The position numbers were made by a program, and so were the translations under genes. From Tubiluchus corallicola (lineage: Eukaryota > Animalia > Priapulida): DNA of 64,000 nucleotides. The stretch is from positions 186,001-250,000 of the forward strand of contig JAQGDQ010000097.1 in NCBI GenBank assembly GCA_030141605.1, given 5' to 3'. The notes under the pieces are model-generated. The model saw nothing but the letters and a program-made list of their open reading frames with translations, did not search any database and was not told where the DNA came from. Below are positions 1 through 12,804 of the stretch, in pieces. Within the stretch, counting starts at the first letter, position 1. Each line of letters begins with the position of its first letter.

Positions 1-186
1 ATAGATTTGTAGAATAGAATAGAATAAAACTGTATTTTGCACACATTCGTAATAACCAATATACAAACTGTATATGATTAACTACTTACTTGGCAAGTTT
101 TTGTCGGAACTATCTACTAATAATTCTACATTGAGTAATAATGAGTAGGAAATGGAACGGATATTAAATATACCGAACTCTTTTAG

Positions 187-3100
187 TACTCGCTGATTGG
201 AGGACAGGCAAAAATGATGACGCTATCTGAGCTCACTATATCAGCGACCTACGTAAGTGAATTACGATTATTATATTTAACAGAAATAATTAAAATAGAC
301 AGGACATCCAGTGAAAACATGACCTTTTATTTATGCATAATCTTTTTATTCGAGTTTGCAATTATATAGGATCAGGATTTTAGTGGCTTCAGTCGCGATT
401 TAGTTTTTCCAACAATTGAGATAATTATGCCGGTGACAGACTTAAAGACGCAAAAGAAATCTATTAATTTCATTATTGCTACTAATTTATCGATAGCTGT
501 GTAAAATGTGTCACTACTTAAAATTATATTTTTAGACGTCTTAAATTTGTTGCGCCAGTTGGGTGGCGGAGTGGTTTAGATTTCGGACTGCTAAAGTGTC
601 AGTTGCTAAATAGCCGTTAGCGCTAAAGTTGTATGTTAAATGAGCGACGATAAACAAGTCTTGTCTTTTGTCTTTTTGTTTTATGTTTGTGTCAGTTTGT
701 CTGCCATCATGTCAAACCTGTGTTTATTTGTTTCACGACACAAAACTAGAGTGTAAACTTGGGGTTTTGCAATTTGATACCTGTCCTTTCCACAAGAAGC
801 ATGTTGATTTGAAGAGTAATAACTCTATATCAAGGACTTTTTATCTTTGTAAAACTCACTCCTAGTTGCCAGCATGCCAAACGTATAAACGAGTACCTGC
901 TGGAGCACATACAAGAAAATTAAGAACAACACAATACAATGGACAGATTTTGTGAGCTACACCCCATCCTAAAATGTTGGATTCAGTTCCAATATAGATA
1001 GAGAATGGCGAATTGTGACGTTTGATGATATGTAACAGATTGTGCTATCTATGATCTTTGCTATGTAACCAAGCCTTGTAAATTTATCCTAGATATCAAA
1101 GTAACTGATTTTTATATAAGTTTTTGGATACCCAAGTTGTGACCTTTTTCACCTCGTGTAATGCAAGAACTAAAAACAAGGCTGCCTATTCACCGTAAAA
1201 TGCAAGGTTTATAGGGAACAATGTACGATTTTTTATAATAAGAACATTATCTTCATAAGGTAGATTGTGTATGTAGCCACATAACTACCAAGCACAATTT
1301 AGAATAAAAAGTGTCAAAAAAGTTACGGCAGTTTTTGAATGTAAAAATTGGCCCTATTCAGCCCGTTTTACGGTAATGTTACTTTTAGTTAGAGATTGCT
1401 GGATCATTTAGCCAGCGGCGTAGCAAGGGCAAAAAACTTTTGACGCTCTACCCTTTTAATGTTTTGATCATTTGTTTCGTGGGAGAACCCACAAATTGTG
1501 CGCGCTTTTTTATCTCTGAGCCCAGCTTTCCTTTTTGGACATGATGGCATGAAATTAACAAATTTTCTCTAAAAATCACCCTGACTTTGATTTGTGGTAC
1601 TGCACCAGAGTAACTCTTTTCTACGTTAGTTTTCTTTTAGTTTGCGAGTAACACGACAGTGCTTAGACATTCGGCTCCAGCATTAAAATATGCAGCGGTT
1701 ATGAAAGATGCAGAACACTACAAGTTTTCACAATAATACAATCGGCATATTTTAAAACTCCAAAATTTAGAGGAATGTCACTTTTTCTTGCAAAATTTTT
1801 GTCTGCAAAGCCACAAAATACACACGTCACTAAGAAACCGTTAAGTAAGAACATTAGCCTTTTTTCTAGCTGTATGTAGTAATTAATTAAGTCAGCTACG
1901 ATGATCTCTGAAGTACATAATTTTGTTGCAGTTTGAGAGCTTTTGTTAATTGTTTTGTTAATGTCGAATCTGTAATTAATAATTAACAGTCATGGACCTC
2001 TAGAGAAATTTACACCCTCTCATCCTTGTGCGGGGGGGGGCGATAGAATAGAATAGAATAGAATAGAATAGAATAGAATAGAATAGAATAGGATAGAATA
2101 GGATAGAATAGAATAGAATAGAATAGAATAGAATAGAATAGAATAGAATAGAATAGAATAGAATAGAATAGTAGAATAGAATAGAATTTCTTACATGAAG
2201 CTCATTAACTTGTATACACAATATTTCCATATTGCCCCCTGTCGCCCCCACCTTGCAACGCAATTTATTTAGCAATTTTTAAATTAAATTTTTGTCATTG
2301 AACAAACCACTTATTAAGTGGTTAACTAAATCTGATTCCAAAATACCTTAACATTTTTAACAATACTGCGACAAAGCATACAAACTACTTGTTAAATTTT
2401 TAACTTTTTGTTGCACAATTAATGTTTCATCTGGCTTTTTTCAATCGTCGAACGTGTAGCAGCAATGGTTAATTACTGAATGTATATTTTTAGTGTAACT
2501 TATATTGTAGTATTATATTGTAGTGCGATGTAATGTTTTTATGTTTTTGTACGGCTTTTAATGCTGAAATAAACTATAGTTTTTCATATATATTTTAAAA
2601 TTTAATCTATTCTTTCGTCTAAATGTGTAGTTTGCCGCTATATTATTAAAAATGTCTAACCGGACATGAATTAATGTTTTAGATCAACTGGTTTCAATTC
2701 TTCAATAATGTGTTCGAAACAGTAACTGACTTCACGATCATTTACGTGTCGAAGCCGGATTACATTACTCAGATGAATGATCTGATTAGCACATGGAGTA
2801 AAGAGTAAGTCAGATTTAATCCTTGTAGAATTTTGATTAGGGTTAGGGTTTTGAGTAAGGTTAGTGTTAGGGTTAGGGTGGGTTAGAGTCAGGGTTTTGG
2901 TTAAGATTAGGGTTAGAGTTAGGGTATTTATAACCGCCTTCGTTTAATTAATATAACTAATTTAATTTTGATTCCATACTTTGAAAAACAGGAAATGTGG
3001 AAAAGTTGGGATGCAGCTGCAGCCTGTATTTAAAGCAAAAATTTTTAGGTTATAAAGCAGACGCCATGACCTTAAACTACCGTGTTCCCAACGGTCATGA

Positions 3101-6100
3101 CAGTCCAAAAGTTCATCCATTCAGGTTCAAAATTAATTAAAAATAAAAATCATAATTCTAAAAGTTAGAATCACTGTAGCACTGTAACACTGGTGATGCT
3201 AAATTGGTTGTGCAACTACAAATGATAAGAACAACTATATTGTCATGATCACTGAGGACATGGTAGTTTAGCGTCGTGGCGTCTGCGTTGTAAGCCAAAA
3301 GTTTTCTGTTCAAATTCAGGCTGTATCCCAACTTTTCCACATTTCCTGTTTTTTAAAGTATGAATTAAAATTAAATTAATTGTGGGTTATACGGTTAAAG
3401 GGTAGTTTAGTGGTTTAGCGGTAGAGGGCATTTGACCTTGTAAATCGAAAATCCCAAAAGCAACTTTTTAGCATTTCCGATTTTTCAAAGTTTGATTTCA
3501 ATATTAAATTAATTGTGGGAGCTGCTAGCATTAAAAATAATGTTGATAAATCGTGAATTGTGCCACCATTAAAAAATGTTGACAAGCAGATTATAAATAA
3601 TTAAGTTTTCTTGCCTTTAAACGCAATGCATGCGTGCTTGTAATGACTGCATGAACTTTGTATTCTGGCATAATAAAGTGAAATTTGTTGCCTGAAATGC
3701 TAAATTGCCTCACCTCTCGAAAGTGCAAATGTAACCATACCCCGCTGTTCCGAAAGAAATAACACATTAAAAATGCTAGTATAACCATACCATTATTGCA
3801 CCATACAAAGTCCATCGAGATCATTTTGGGGAGGTCCTGGCTAAGTTATATGGTAGAAAAGTTGGAATGATCTCTTATATTAATATTCTTGGTATATATA
3901 TATATTTATTTATATATATATAAGATTCGAGGCTACAGCCCGGACGAGGGCACCATTTGCGGCGATCTATATATCAAACGAAAGGTCTCGATCTAGTGTC
4001 GTGCCATTGATGGTTTATTTTTCGAATGGGGCCCACCGGGAGAAGGGGGAGGCGAAAAACCTCCAAAAATGGCCCTTTTTCGGCCGTTTTTTGCAAAAGT
4101 TATACGGCTGAGATGTAGAGAACGGGAACGGGCCGAGGGGGGTGCTGGGTATGGATAGATAGCCCGTTCAGCGGTGGGTGTAGTAGGCATATTTAGAATT
4201 CCCGAGAGGGCCACGGCGTCCCGTAACGGGCGTTTTCCCGGACCCAACTCGCGATTTTTTCGAAATTTTGACCAAACAGCATGCGGGAAAAACGTTCTAG
4301 CGGCGCCCGGTGGGACTCTGGGAAGGAGATATATAGCTCTTTACAAAGAGGAAGGACAGGGCTACACGATGATGTGGGCTATATGTTAGGGCAGGTCCAC
4401 CGAGAGGAGTATCAACGAGTTAGTTAGGAGTTCTATTTTCGGCAATTTTCGCTTAGAAAACTGCTGACGCAAAGGCATTGTTGTGACGTCATCCATTGTA
4501 CTCTGTCTATAATCTTATAACTTTAATTCAGCAAGAAGCTGCTACAGGCTTTGCGTTAGTTAAACAAACAGTAGACACGATGTTACGGGCTTTGTGTTAT
4601 AAATGTGGACTAGGTAGGATGTTCGCGTATTATTGATTACACGTGTATTTATACGCAAAATCTTTTGCGGGGCCTTTGCTATTTATTATATTATAGCACA
4701 TAGTTTCAACTTTGTGAAAAATGTTTGGAATGGTTTTGTTGTAATGCTGTGCTGTTGGTGCTTGTGCTATAGGTGTTGTCATCGTTGCCACCATCATCAT
4801 CATCATCATCAACATCATGATCACCACGTGAGGTGGTGGATTTGATGTGGTGTGGTGGTGGTGTGCTTTGTGTGTTGTGCTATGGATGGTGTGGTGGGGT
4901 GATAGGGTGTGTGGGGTGTGGTGTGGGTAGTGTGGTATGGAGTGGGTGGTGTGGTGTGTGGGTGGGTGGGTGTTGTGGTGCGGTGTGGTGTTATGGTGTG
5001 GTGCAGTGCGGTGTGATGTGGTATGGTGTGGTGCAGTGTGGTGTGATATGGTGGAGTCGTATGGTGTGGTTGGTGTGGTGTGGTATGTGGGTCGTGCGGT
5101 GTGCTGCAGTGGTATGTTGTGGTGCGGTGTGGTGTGATGTGGTGGAGTGGTATGGTGTGGGTGGTGTGGTGTGTAGGTGGGTGGGTGGTGTGGTGCAGTG
5201 TGGTGTTATGGTGTGGTGCTGTGCGGTGTGATGTGATGTGGTGGAGTATTATGGTGTGGGTGGTGTGGTGTGGTGTGTGGGTGGTGCGGTGCAGTGGTAT
5301 GGTGTGGTGTGGTGTGGTGTGGTGTGTCGGGTGGTGCGGTGTGCTGCGGTGTGCTGCAGCGGTATGGTGTGTAGGTTGGTGGGTGGTGTGGTGCAGTGTG
5401 GTGTTATGGTGTGGTGCTGCGCGGTGTGGTGCAGTGTGGTGTTATGGTGTGGTGCTGTGCAGTGTGATGTGGTGGAGTATTATGGTGTGGGTGGTGTGGT
5501 GTGGTGTGTGGGTGGTGCAGTGGTATGGTGTGGTGCAGTGTGGTGTGAGATGTGGTGGAGTGGTATGGTGTGGGTGGTGTGGTGTGTATGTGGTATGGTG
5601 GTATGGTGTGGTGCGGTGTGGTGTGATGTGGTGGAGTGGTATGGTGTGGGTGGTGTGGTGTGTAGGTGGGTGGGTGGTGTGGTGCAGTGTGGTGTTATGG
5701 TGTGGTGCTGTGTGGTGTGATGTGGTGGAGTGGTATGGTGTGGTGCAGTGTGGTGTGATGAGGTGGAGTGGTGTGGTGTGGGTTTTGTGTTGATTTGTGC
5801 ACAAAATTCTTTTTGTGGGGTTTGGCTAGTTACGTAATAATGTAATAATATAATGAAGAAGTTCTCGTTCATTTTGTCATATTTTTACATCAATGTTTTA
5901 TTTTGAAACACTCAGTCCATATGACGTACACTGTTTTTAAACCAACACGTCCAACTGATGCATGATTTGTATTGTAGAAGTTATTACTAAATTAACTAGT
6001 TGCAATGTTCCAGCGTGCAAAGAAAAGAACTATTTAATCAACAATTTAATTTAATTAAATTAATTAAAATATTTAATGTGATCATACATCACAGAAGCAG

Positions 6101-9100
6101 CTTTGGCTTCTACTTAATTTACCATGTGCCGATTATAGTACTTTCGGCTAACGTTCTCTGTTTTAAACATCGACAATAATTAAAGTATCTTGTCTTGTCT
6201 TGTCTTGTCTTGTCTCGTCTTGTCTCGTCTCGTCTCGTCTCGTCTCGTCTCGTCTCGTCTCGTCTCGTCTCGTCTCGTCTCGTCTTGTCTTGCCTTATTT
6301 TATCTTACCAGTAATCCATTACATCATTTCTTGTACATTGTCATCTACAAACTAAACAAAAACTTTACTTTCATTTATTTTTTCTCCGCTTTGTATTTTC
6401 TTCTGAGGAAGTTGTACACTTTCTTTCAGAGAGCAGAATGACTACATGATGTGGCAGTTGGCATTCAAGTACATCCAGTACATCTCCTATGAATTTGCCC
6501 ACGTCTGGCGCATGTATCAGGAGGAAATGTCCGGAGCAACACAGTTTGCAGATGACTATACGATTTGCTTCGATATGGCTGTGTACGATTTGAAAGAAGC
6601 CGTTGGTTCCCTCTTCGTTAGGAAACATTTTAATGAAAGCTATAAATTTGACGTAAGTAACTACTACGTTTTGCTGAATTTAAAAAACTGTGCGCTAACT
6701 AATGCTATGATAATCCAATGTTACACTTTACATAGTCTAGTATAAGTGTGGTCATGCCAAGTTATAGTGTAGAAAAAATGGTATAATGATGTAAAAATGT
6801 AATATTGTTTTTACTCCATTATGTTATAAGGCAAAACTCCAGATTCATTTTGTCATACTTTCTGAAACACCGTGTACAATTGACGTACATACACTGTCAT
6901 TTAAAGGAACACGTCCAACTGCTGTGCGACCTCTATTGTCCAAACTTGGTGAGTTTTTTTTGCAGAAGTGTTTCTGTTATAAGAGATCATTTAAAAAGTT
7001 CTTCTGTACTGAGTTTACAAAGAATTCCCGAAAGATTTTTTTTAAAAACTTTGAACAAAGTTAACGTATTTAAGTCCTTTAAAAACCTGTTTCTTTTAAG
7101 ATCGTCTGCGGAATTGTGCGTGCAGCTGATATCCTAAATTGTCAGATTGTTGGAACGATAAAATTCTCAAAGAATCCCAGAATCATGATCAAACATCGAC
7201 CAAGAGGACATGTGACAAACAAAATGGTTTCTTCAATGAATGAATTCACACTGTCATATAGTGACAATGACAAAATAAACTTGGACATCTTCGCCATAAT
7301 GATTAAAAATAAATTGCATTTTTGCCATCATTCCAATTTTCATACCACAGTAACTTGGCATGACCACGCTCATTAGATTCTGTGTGATGTAGCATTGGTT
7401 CTCTAGTTAGTATAGGTTCTTTTGAGCGCCCTGAATCTTATTGCCGTTTTTTGATTGTGCGCAAAAATTTGTTTCAACAGGACTATTTACTCAAAAAGTG
7501 TCATATATGTCTATAGTTCATTCATTTTTGTGTGCATAAGTTCACTTAGTCAATGAACAAAAAACTCTGCTGTATTTGGCATCAATTTTATATTTCTGAT
7601 AGGGGTCAAATGCCTTGTAATAACTTTTGGAGTTTTGGCAAAGCCATTTATTTGTAAACTTATGTACATTTGTGTTACTTTTGAATATATTTGCTAAACC
7701 CATAGTCCTGGTATAACGTGGTAACCGCGTCTCCGAAGCACGTGACTAATTCACAGTCCGGGAGGTCAGACCCCCCAAAACTGGTTTCGTTCCGTCAGTC
7801 CTGTGACAACTTTTTAATTACGTCGAATGATATAATGGACCTCAGTGCCTACTGCTATTGTGGCTTTTTGGGTGTGGCTTAGCAAAGTGCACCCACAAGG
7901 CCCAACTGAAAATTAGTCCTGCAAAACTAAACATAAAGGTCCGCTCTGTTACCTAATATAATTAAAAGCTGGTTACCAAACGAACCCAATGAAACAACTT
8001 TTTAAGTTCCGGGTTCTCAGACTTTGAAAAAGATTTACTTGCAATAGGTTGAAGAAGCAATTAACAGCATGCGAACTGGAATAAAGCCCATGATTGACTC
8101 ATACGACTGGCTGACCGCTGAAGAAAAAGAAACAGCCAAGAAAAAGGTGGTTAAAGTGAAATTTTTAGTTTTTCGAAATTTTGTGTTTTGCTGAAAAGTC
8201 AGCGAAAAAAGCGACAGAAAAAACTAAACAAAAATTCGCAGGGCAGAAGTGTTTCCCACATTTTAGTCACACAACGATTACTGACTAAATAAATAATAAT
8301 AAGTATAAAATGAAAAATAATCTAATTAGTTAGAATCATTCTGGCATGAGCCATCTAACAGCAACATTGAAATTGCAAAACTGGCTACTGGCTGGCTACA
8401 TTGGATATTACCTGTCATGCTTGCTTAAGGATATGGTTGCCTAGCGGCTTTTCAAAGTTATGTTTGAAAATTCAATTAACTTTGGATTTGTACTATGTGA
8501 TGAACTCATTACAAGTATAATGCGTGTAAGAATGCCCATATATACCAAGTTTAGGTATGAATTGTTTTCTCATGGTTGATTAGCAGTCCATATGCAAATG
8601 CACTGCTGCCATTGCGTGCAGATATTCATATATCCAAATCTCCTTTATCCCGCTTGAAACACCTCCTACAATTTTTAACACGTGGTTTGGCCCATGTCAG
8701 ATATCACAGGCGCATCATTTTGTATAACTGCAATCATAGATCCCGCTGAAAGGCTACAGTAGCCTATGTAAAACAAATTTTTGTCTACAAAATATAGTTC
8801 TTTCTGTAGCACCGCAGTAGTTAAAGACCTATATATCCCCCCAAAGTTTTTAACACATTATTATGATTACACAGAGAATTCATAGTTATTATTAAACAAA
8901 ATAAATTTATAAACTAAATAATTTGCCGGTTTCTGAAGAATTTCGAACGCGTGCATTAACCGTAAAGATCGCCATGTTTCGCGTCTTTGGCGTGAGTGAG
9001 AATGACGTGCGAGGCACAGAAAGTGTTTTTTTGGTCACCGATGGTTGTTTACTGATCTTTGGTGACCTCGTGAATGTACCCATTACGTCGTTCGTCTCGC

Positions 9101-10256
9101 GCAATGAAAAATGGCGGTTCTTCAAATTTAATATCGCTAACAACGAAGTGATAAAAAAATCAAAAGAAACAAGTTTTACAGTAAGTTTATTATAAAACGA
9201 ATCGACGATTTGTAATGAGAGTAGGATTTTAAGTTGTAAAATCTTATATTATAGTGAAGGTTTAGTTTGTCTTTATCGGAGAAGATATGGGTATAAATTC
9301 TAGTGTAATGACAGTTTTAATGACACTATTTTACTCAAATAAACTTAAGTGATACAAATACTCATGTAATGTGAGCACTGCTGCAAATTACTTTGTTGTG
9401 CGCTGAAAATTCTTTACAGATTGAGTTGATGAGAATGAATATTGGGTTTCCCGACTATTATCTGGACGACAGAGAAATGGACAACATTTATAGCAAGGTA
9501 TCTTTTCTAATGAAACTAAGAATTAGCACGTGTACATGGTTTAATATTTCATTAGAAAAGTGAAAAAAGGTAAATCTATTGATAGGATAGCAATAGATGA
9601 GTTTTTTGTAAGGAATGCTCGTGAGCATGCGCGGCAGTGTCGCGCGCATTGTTTCTAGCCGATCAATCAACGAATGACATCCGTCGTCTTGCCGAAAATC
9701 ACCCATTTTCCCGCTGTCGCTGGATGTGAAAACCCACCCTCTCGCCACCCACTACTAAAGTAGGAATGTAATTTTTGTGTGAACTTTAGGTTTAGGTAAG
9801 TTTAACATTGCAGTGATTTTTTTTTCTGTAATGTGGAATTTTTAGTTATAATGTACCACTGTATATTGATGAAACTTTACAAGGCGTTTGGTATAATTTT
9901 GCAATGTATTGTTAATTGCAAACAATGCTTGATTATGTGTGTAATCATAGACGCTAGCAATACTGTGATTAGTACAGTCACATATTGGGTGGGCGGTATT
10001 TGGGGGTGCCCCACCTTTTTGTCTTACTATATTGAATGTACTGTCATTTTAATAAATGACCTCATTCTTTCAACTGATTTCATTCTTGGTGCTTATGCAA
10101 AAAACTAGCCAGGCTCAGCCAATTTTTCCTTTAGGTCGGTTTTGTGAACATTAGCTTACAAAAATATTTATTAAGAAACTGTGTTCTGTCATTTGTACTG
10201 GTCATTTGTATTAGTTTTGTATCTGCAAGAAGTGCAAAGTCCATAAGCTTTGATGG

Positions 10257-10293
<37 letters not shown>

Positions 10294-11885
10294 ATTGGTG
10301 GTGCTGTTGTCGAATTTATCTTTTTTTGAAAGATATCAGGTCAAGTTTTCATCGCTTGACCCTGAAATTTTGTAGATATACGGACACTAGGAAGACCGTA
10401 ACGGAGCCCGATTTTTAACTTCCTCAATACGATCTTCAAAATTCGCGCCCATAGTAAATTGATCTGTTCCGTACACTGTTACATTGTGTTTTCTTTCATT
10501 TTAATATTAGCTCAAATTATGGACTTTCCCAATTTAGAGTACCAATAGCAATGACAACTATGACGATAAATGTTTTAATTTACCATCTATATTCTATACA
10601 TAGAGAGATGTATCATTATCATATCTGCAGAGCTTGATGTCTTCTCGGCAATTCTGTAGTATTTAGTGCGAATCTAAATAATAAGATATAACAGTACAGG
10701 ATTTCATTAAACAGGAAGACCGACTTTAGCATCTAATTAACTACATTATAATTTTATTCGCAGTCTTTGCTCTATCACTCACAAACTCCTCGTGACTTAC
10801 CCTTTTAAACCTTACTTAACTTGTTCCATCCTGATTCACTATGTTTTGCTTTCTTGGTAATCTTTTCATTTTTTACTGTCAAATCACACTAACGAACTTT
10901 ACTTTCAGAGTGATTTGTGACACAATGGCATGTTGAGAACAAGATTTAAAATTACAATTAAGTATTATAGACAAACAGTTTAAAATTTGCAACGTCTGGC
11001 GTCAATCTTATTCACATGTTCTGACGTAGTAATGTTAAATGTGTTGTGTAGAAGTAAAAATAAACTCGAATTGAACTTGAACTACCATTGAAATGCCGTT
11101 GTCATGTCACGAATACGCGTTATTTGCTTCATAACGAATAAATGACAGAGTTTTGTCACTTACCTAACACAGGTGGAAAGTTCACTTATTAAGCGGAAAT
11201 CACACCGGAAATCATACCTGATTTAAGCACATTTGTGCTTTACATTGTCATTTTGTTTTTATAAAATGTCGTTGCAATTCGATTAATCGATATGATAATA
11301 TGAAAGATTTATGGAGAACGAAAAACATTTTCGCCTTTTTTATCACATTAGTCCCCTAGAAATTTCTATCTGCAATTTTTACTTCCTTAATTAACAACAA
11401 AGTACCATCACAATAATTATTTATACGTTTCAGCTTGTTATAAAAGACGAGAACACATTTTTTGAGAACTACGTCAGCTTAAACGCTTTCAAGCGAGAGG
11501 AGACCAAGGAACAGTACGAGGGGAATACACAAACTGATTGGGGTTCTTTAGTGTGGCAGCAATTCGGACAGTACGTAGATTCGAGGAACTTACTTGAGAT
11601 GCCTGCGGGTGTCATGCAGCCACCGATTTACTACGGCCCAGATTTGTACCCGTATTTGTCGCATGGACCTCTGCACGCTGGGTACATTGGTAGTAAGCTG
11701 TTTGAGTCATTCGATAAATATGGTAAGTTGAAACAATTTAAATTTAAATATTTCGGTGAATATCTGCAATCACTAGATGTAGGAAATTTACATCACTACC
11801 CCCGCCACCGCCACCATCACTGCCGTTATCATCGTTATCATCACCACCACCATCATCATTATCATCTTCAGCATCGTCATCATCG

Positions 11886-11966
<81 letters not shown>

Positions 11967-12804
11967 CCATCACCATCTTCACCATCCTCCTCCTCCTCCT
12001 CCTCTTCCTCTTCCTCTTCCTCCTCCTCCTCCTTCTCCTCCTCCTCATCATCATCATCATCGTCATCATCACCATCTTCATATTCATCACCATCAACATC
12101 CTCACCATCATTATGATAAACGCTAGTAATAGTAATAACAGTAATAATAAAATAATACATGTAAACTGAGTCAGCAGTTTGAACAAAAACAAGGGCAGCA
12201 ATAATGGCACTAGTGCACTAGCAACAACAGCAGTCGTCAGTAGTAATAAACAATTGAATCATCAAATTTATCATGAACTGAAATAAAATTCCTAGAGACT
12301 TTTATCATTATGTTTTATTTAGGAAGCCAATACGACGAAAAAGGAGAACGAACGAACTGGTGGAGCAATAAAACAATACAAGAATTCGACAAACGCAACC
12401 AGTGTGTCTTAGACATGTATAATGTCACATACAAAATTGACAATAGTTCCCATAGTCTAAACCTTCAATACAGCAATGTGCAACGCACAGGGCCTGCAGA
12501 AATCGGTAGTGTAAAACTAGCATTTCAACAATACAAACAGTTAGTTTCTTCATCCGAGATAGAAGAGTTGAGTCTACCTGGATATGGTAACTTAACACCT
12601 GAGCAGGGTTTCTTCGTCTTTTACGCTAATAGGTACTGCCAGAACTTACCGGACAGCACTCTGTCCATGTTTTTGTACTCCGGAATAGCGCCCAATGACC
12701 TGGTAGTAAAAGCCACTTTGAAACAAAGCGAAGACTTTGCCAGAGCTTTCAACTGCCCCAAGTCGTCGGACATGGTCAGTGCGAAGCGATGTGATGTGTT
12801 TTAA
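187..12804 (+). CDS. M13 (neprilysin/ECE-like) family protein 1, predicted catalytically inactive; 5' part lies upstream of the window
   Basis: Exons 187-252, 2683-2804, 6430-6652, 8048-8146, 9420-9497, 11434-11722, 12323-12804 are all AG/GT-bounded and phase-consistent (1359 nt). M13 motifs: KMMTLSEL, INWFQFF, NDYMMW, DWLTAEEKETAKKK, NIGFPDY, MPAGVMQPP, GSQYDEKGERTNWWS, LPGYGNLTPEQGFF, FNCP..SDMVSAKRCDVF*. The HExxH position reads SKLFE. Confidence 0.9.
553..680 (+). mobile_element. Degenerate, internally deleted tRNA-type SINE-like fragment
   Basis: A-box-like TGGCGGAGTGG near 563 and a simple (GTCTT)-type tail at about 657-680. No B box recognised. Confidence 0.3.
1413..2262. mobile_element. 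Possible degenerate TIR (MITE-like) element
   Basis: CAGCGGCGTAGCAAGGG at 1413 and CCACCTTGCAACGC at about 2248-2260 are imperfect inverted ends. The interior contains an (ATAGA)n tract. Confidence 0.3.
2043..2186. repeat. (ATAGA)n pentanucleotide microsatellite
   Basis: Directly visible; source of the spurious ILFYS-repeat ORF. Confidence 0.97.
2837..2925 (+). repeat. Degenerate interstitial (TTAGGG)n-like tract
   Basis: TTAGGG units mixed with TTAGTG, TTAGAG and TCAGGG variants. Confidence 0.75.
2929..3391. mobile_element. Fold-back MITE-like element with long imperfect inverted arms
   Basis: AAAAACAGGAAATGTGGAAAAGTTGGGAT (about 2984) is the reverse complement of ATCCCAACTTTTCCACATTTCCTGTTTTT (about 3326). 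GCAGACGCCATGAC..AAACTACC pairs with GGTAGTTT..GTCGTGGCGTCTGC. Outer ends are TATAACC and GGTTATA. Confidence 0.8.
3925..4480. mobile_element. GC-rich intronic insertion, probably a non-autonomous transposon
   Basis: Abrupt GC/CpG-rich island next to a TA run in an AT-rich intron. No credible protein in any frame; termini not resolved. Confidence 0.35.
4830..5785. repeat. G/T-rich complex minisatellite of GTGTG/GTGCA/GTATG pentamers with a higher-order unit of about 100 nt
   Basis: A recurring block GTGATGTGGTGGAGT(G/A)..TATGGTGTGGGTGGTGTGG.. ..GGTGCAGTGTGGTGTTATGG explains the V/W/C/G-rich and H/T/P-rich ORFs. Confidence 0.95.
6188..6292. repeat. (TCTTG)n/(TCTCG)n microsatellite
   Basis: Directly visible. 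Confidence 0.95.
6748..7367. mobile_element. MITE-like element with 17-bp perfect TIR (about 65 bp imperfect)
   Basis: GTGGTCATGCCAAGTTA (6748-6764) and TAACTTGGCATGACCAC (7351-7367). A related internal fragment (TTCATTTTGTCATA...AACACGTCCAACTG) recurs at about 5865-5985. Confidence 0.8.
11790..12115. repeat. (CAT)n/(CCT)n compound microsatellite in the last intron of M13 gene 1
   Basis: Directly visible; lies between donor 11723 and acceptor 12322. Confidence 0.95.

Noticed and set aside
4833-5872. Overlapping Cys/Trp/Val-rich and His/Thr-rich ORFs up to 237 aa
   Set aside because: They are translations of an intronic G/T minisatellite, with no splice or domain evidence.
8821-9300. Kolobok-like non-autonomous element and the ORFs at 8907-9195
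   Set aside because: The terminal similarity is too weak to define ends and the ORFs have no recognisable motif.
11723-12126. In-frame read-through of M13 gene 1 into a poly-His/Pro tail (ORF 11551-12126), tempting as a replacement metal-binding module
   Set aside because: A strong GTAAGT donor at 11723 and a phase-matched acceptor at 12322 restore the M13 C-terminus. (CAT)n is stop-free in this frame by construction, and similar tracts occur in non-coding positions elsewhere in the window.
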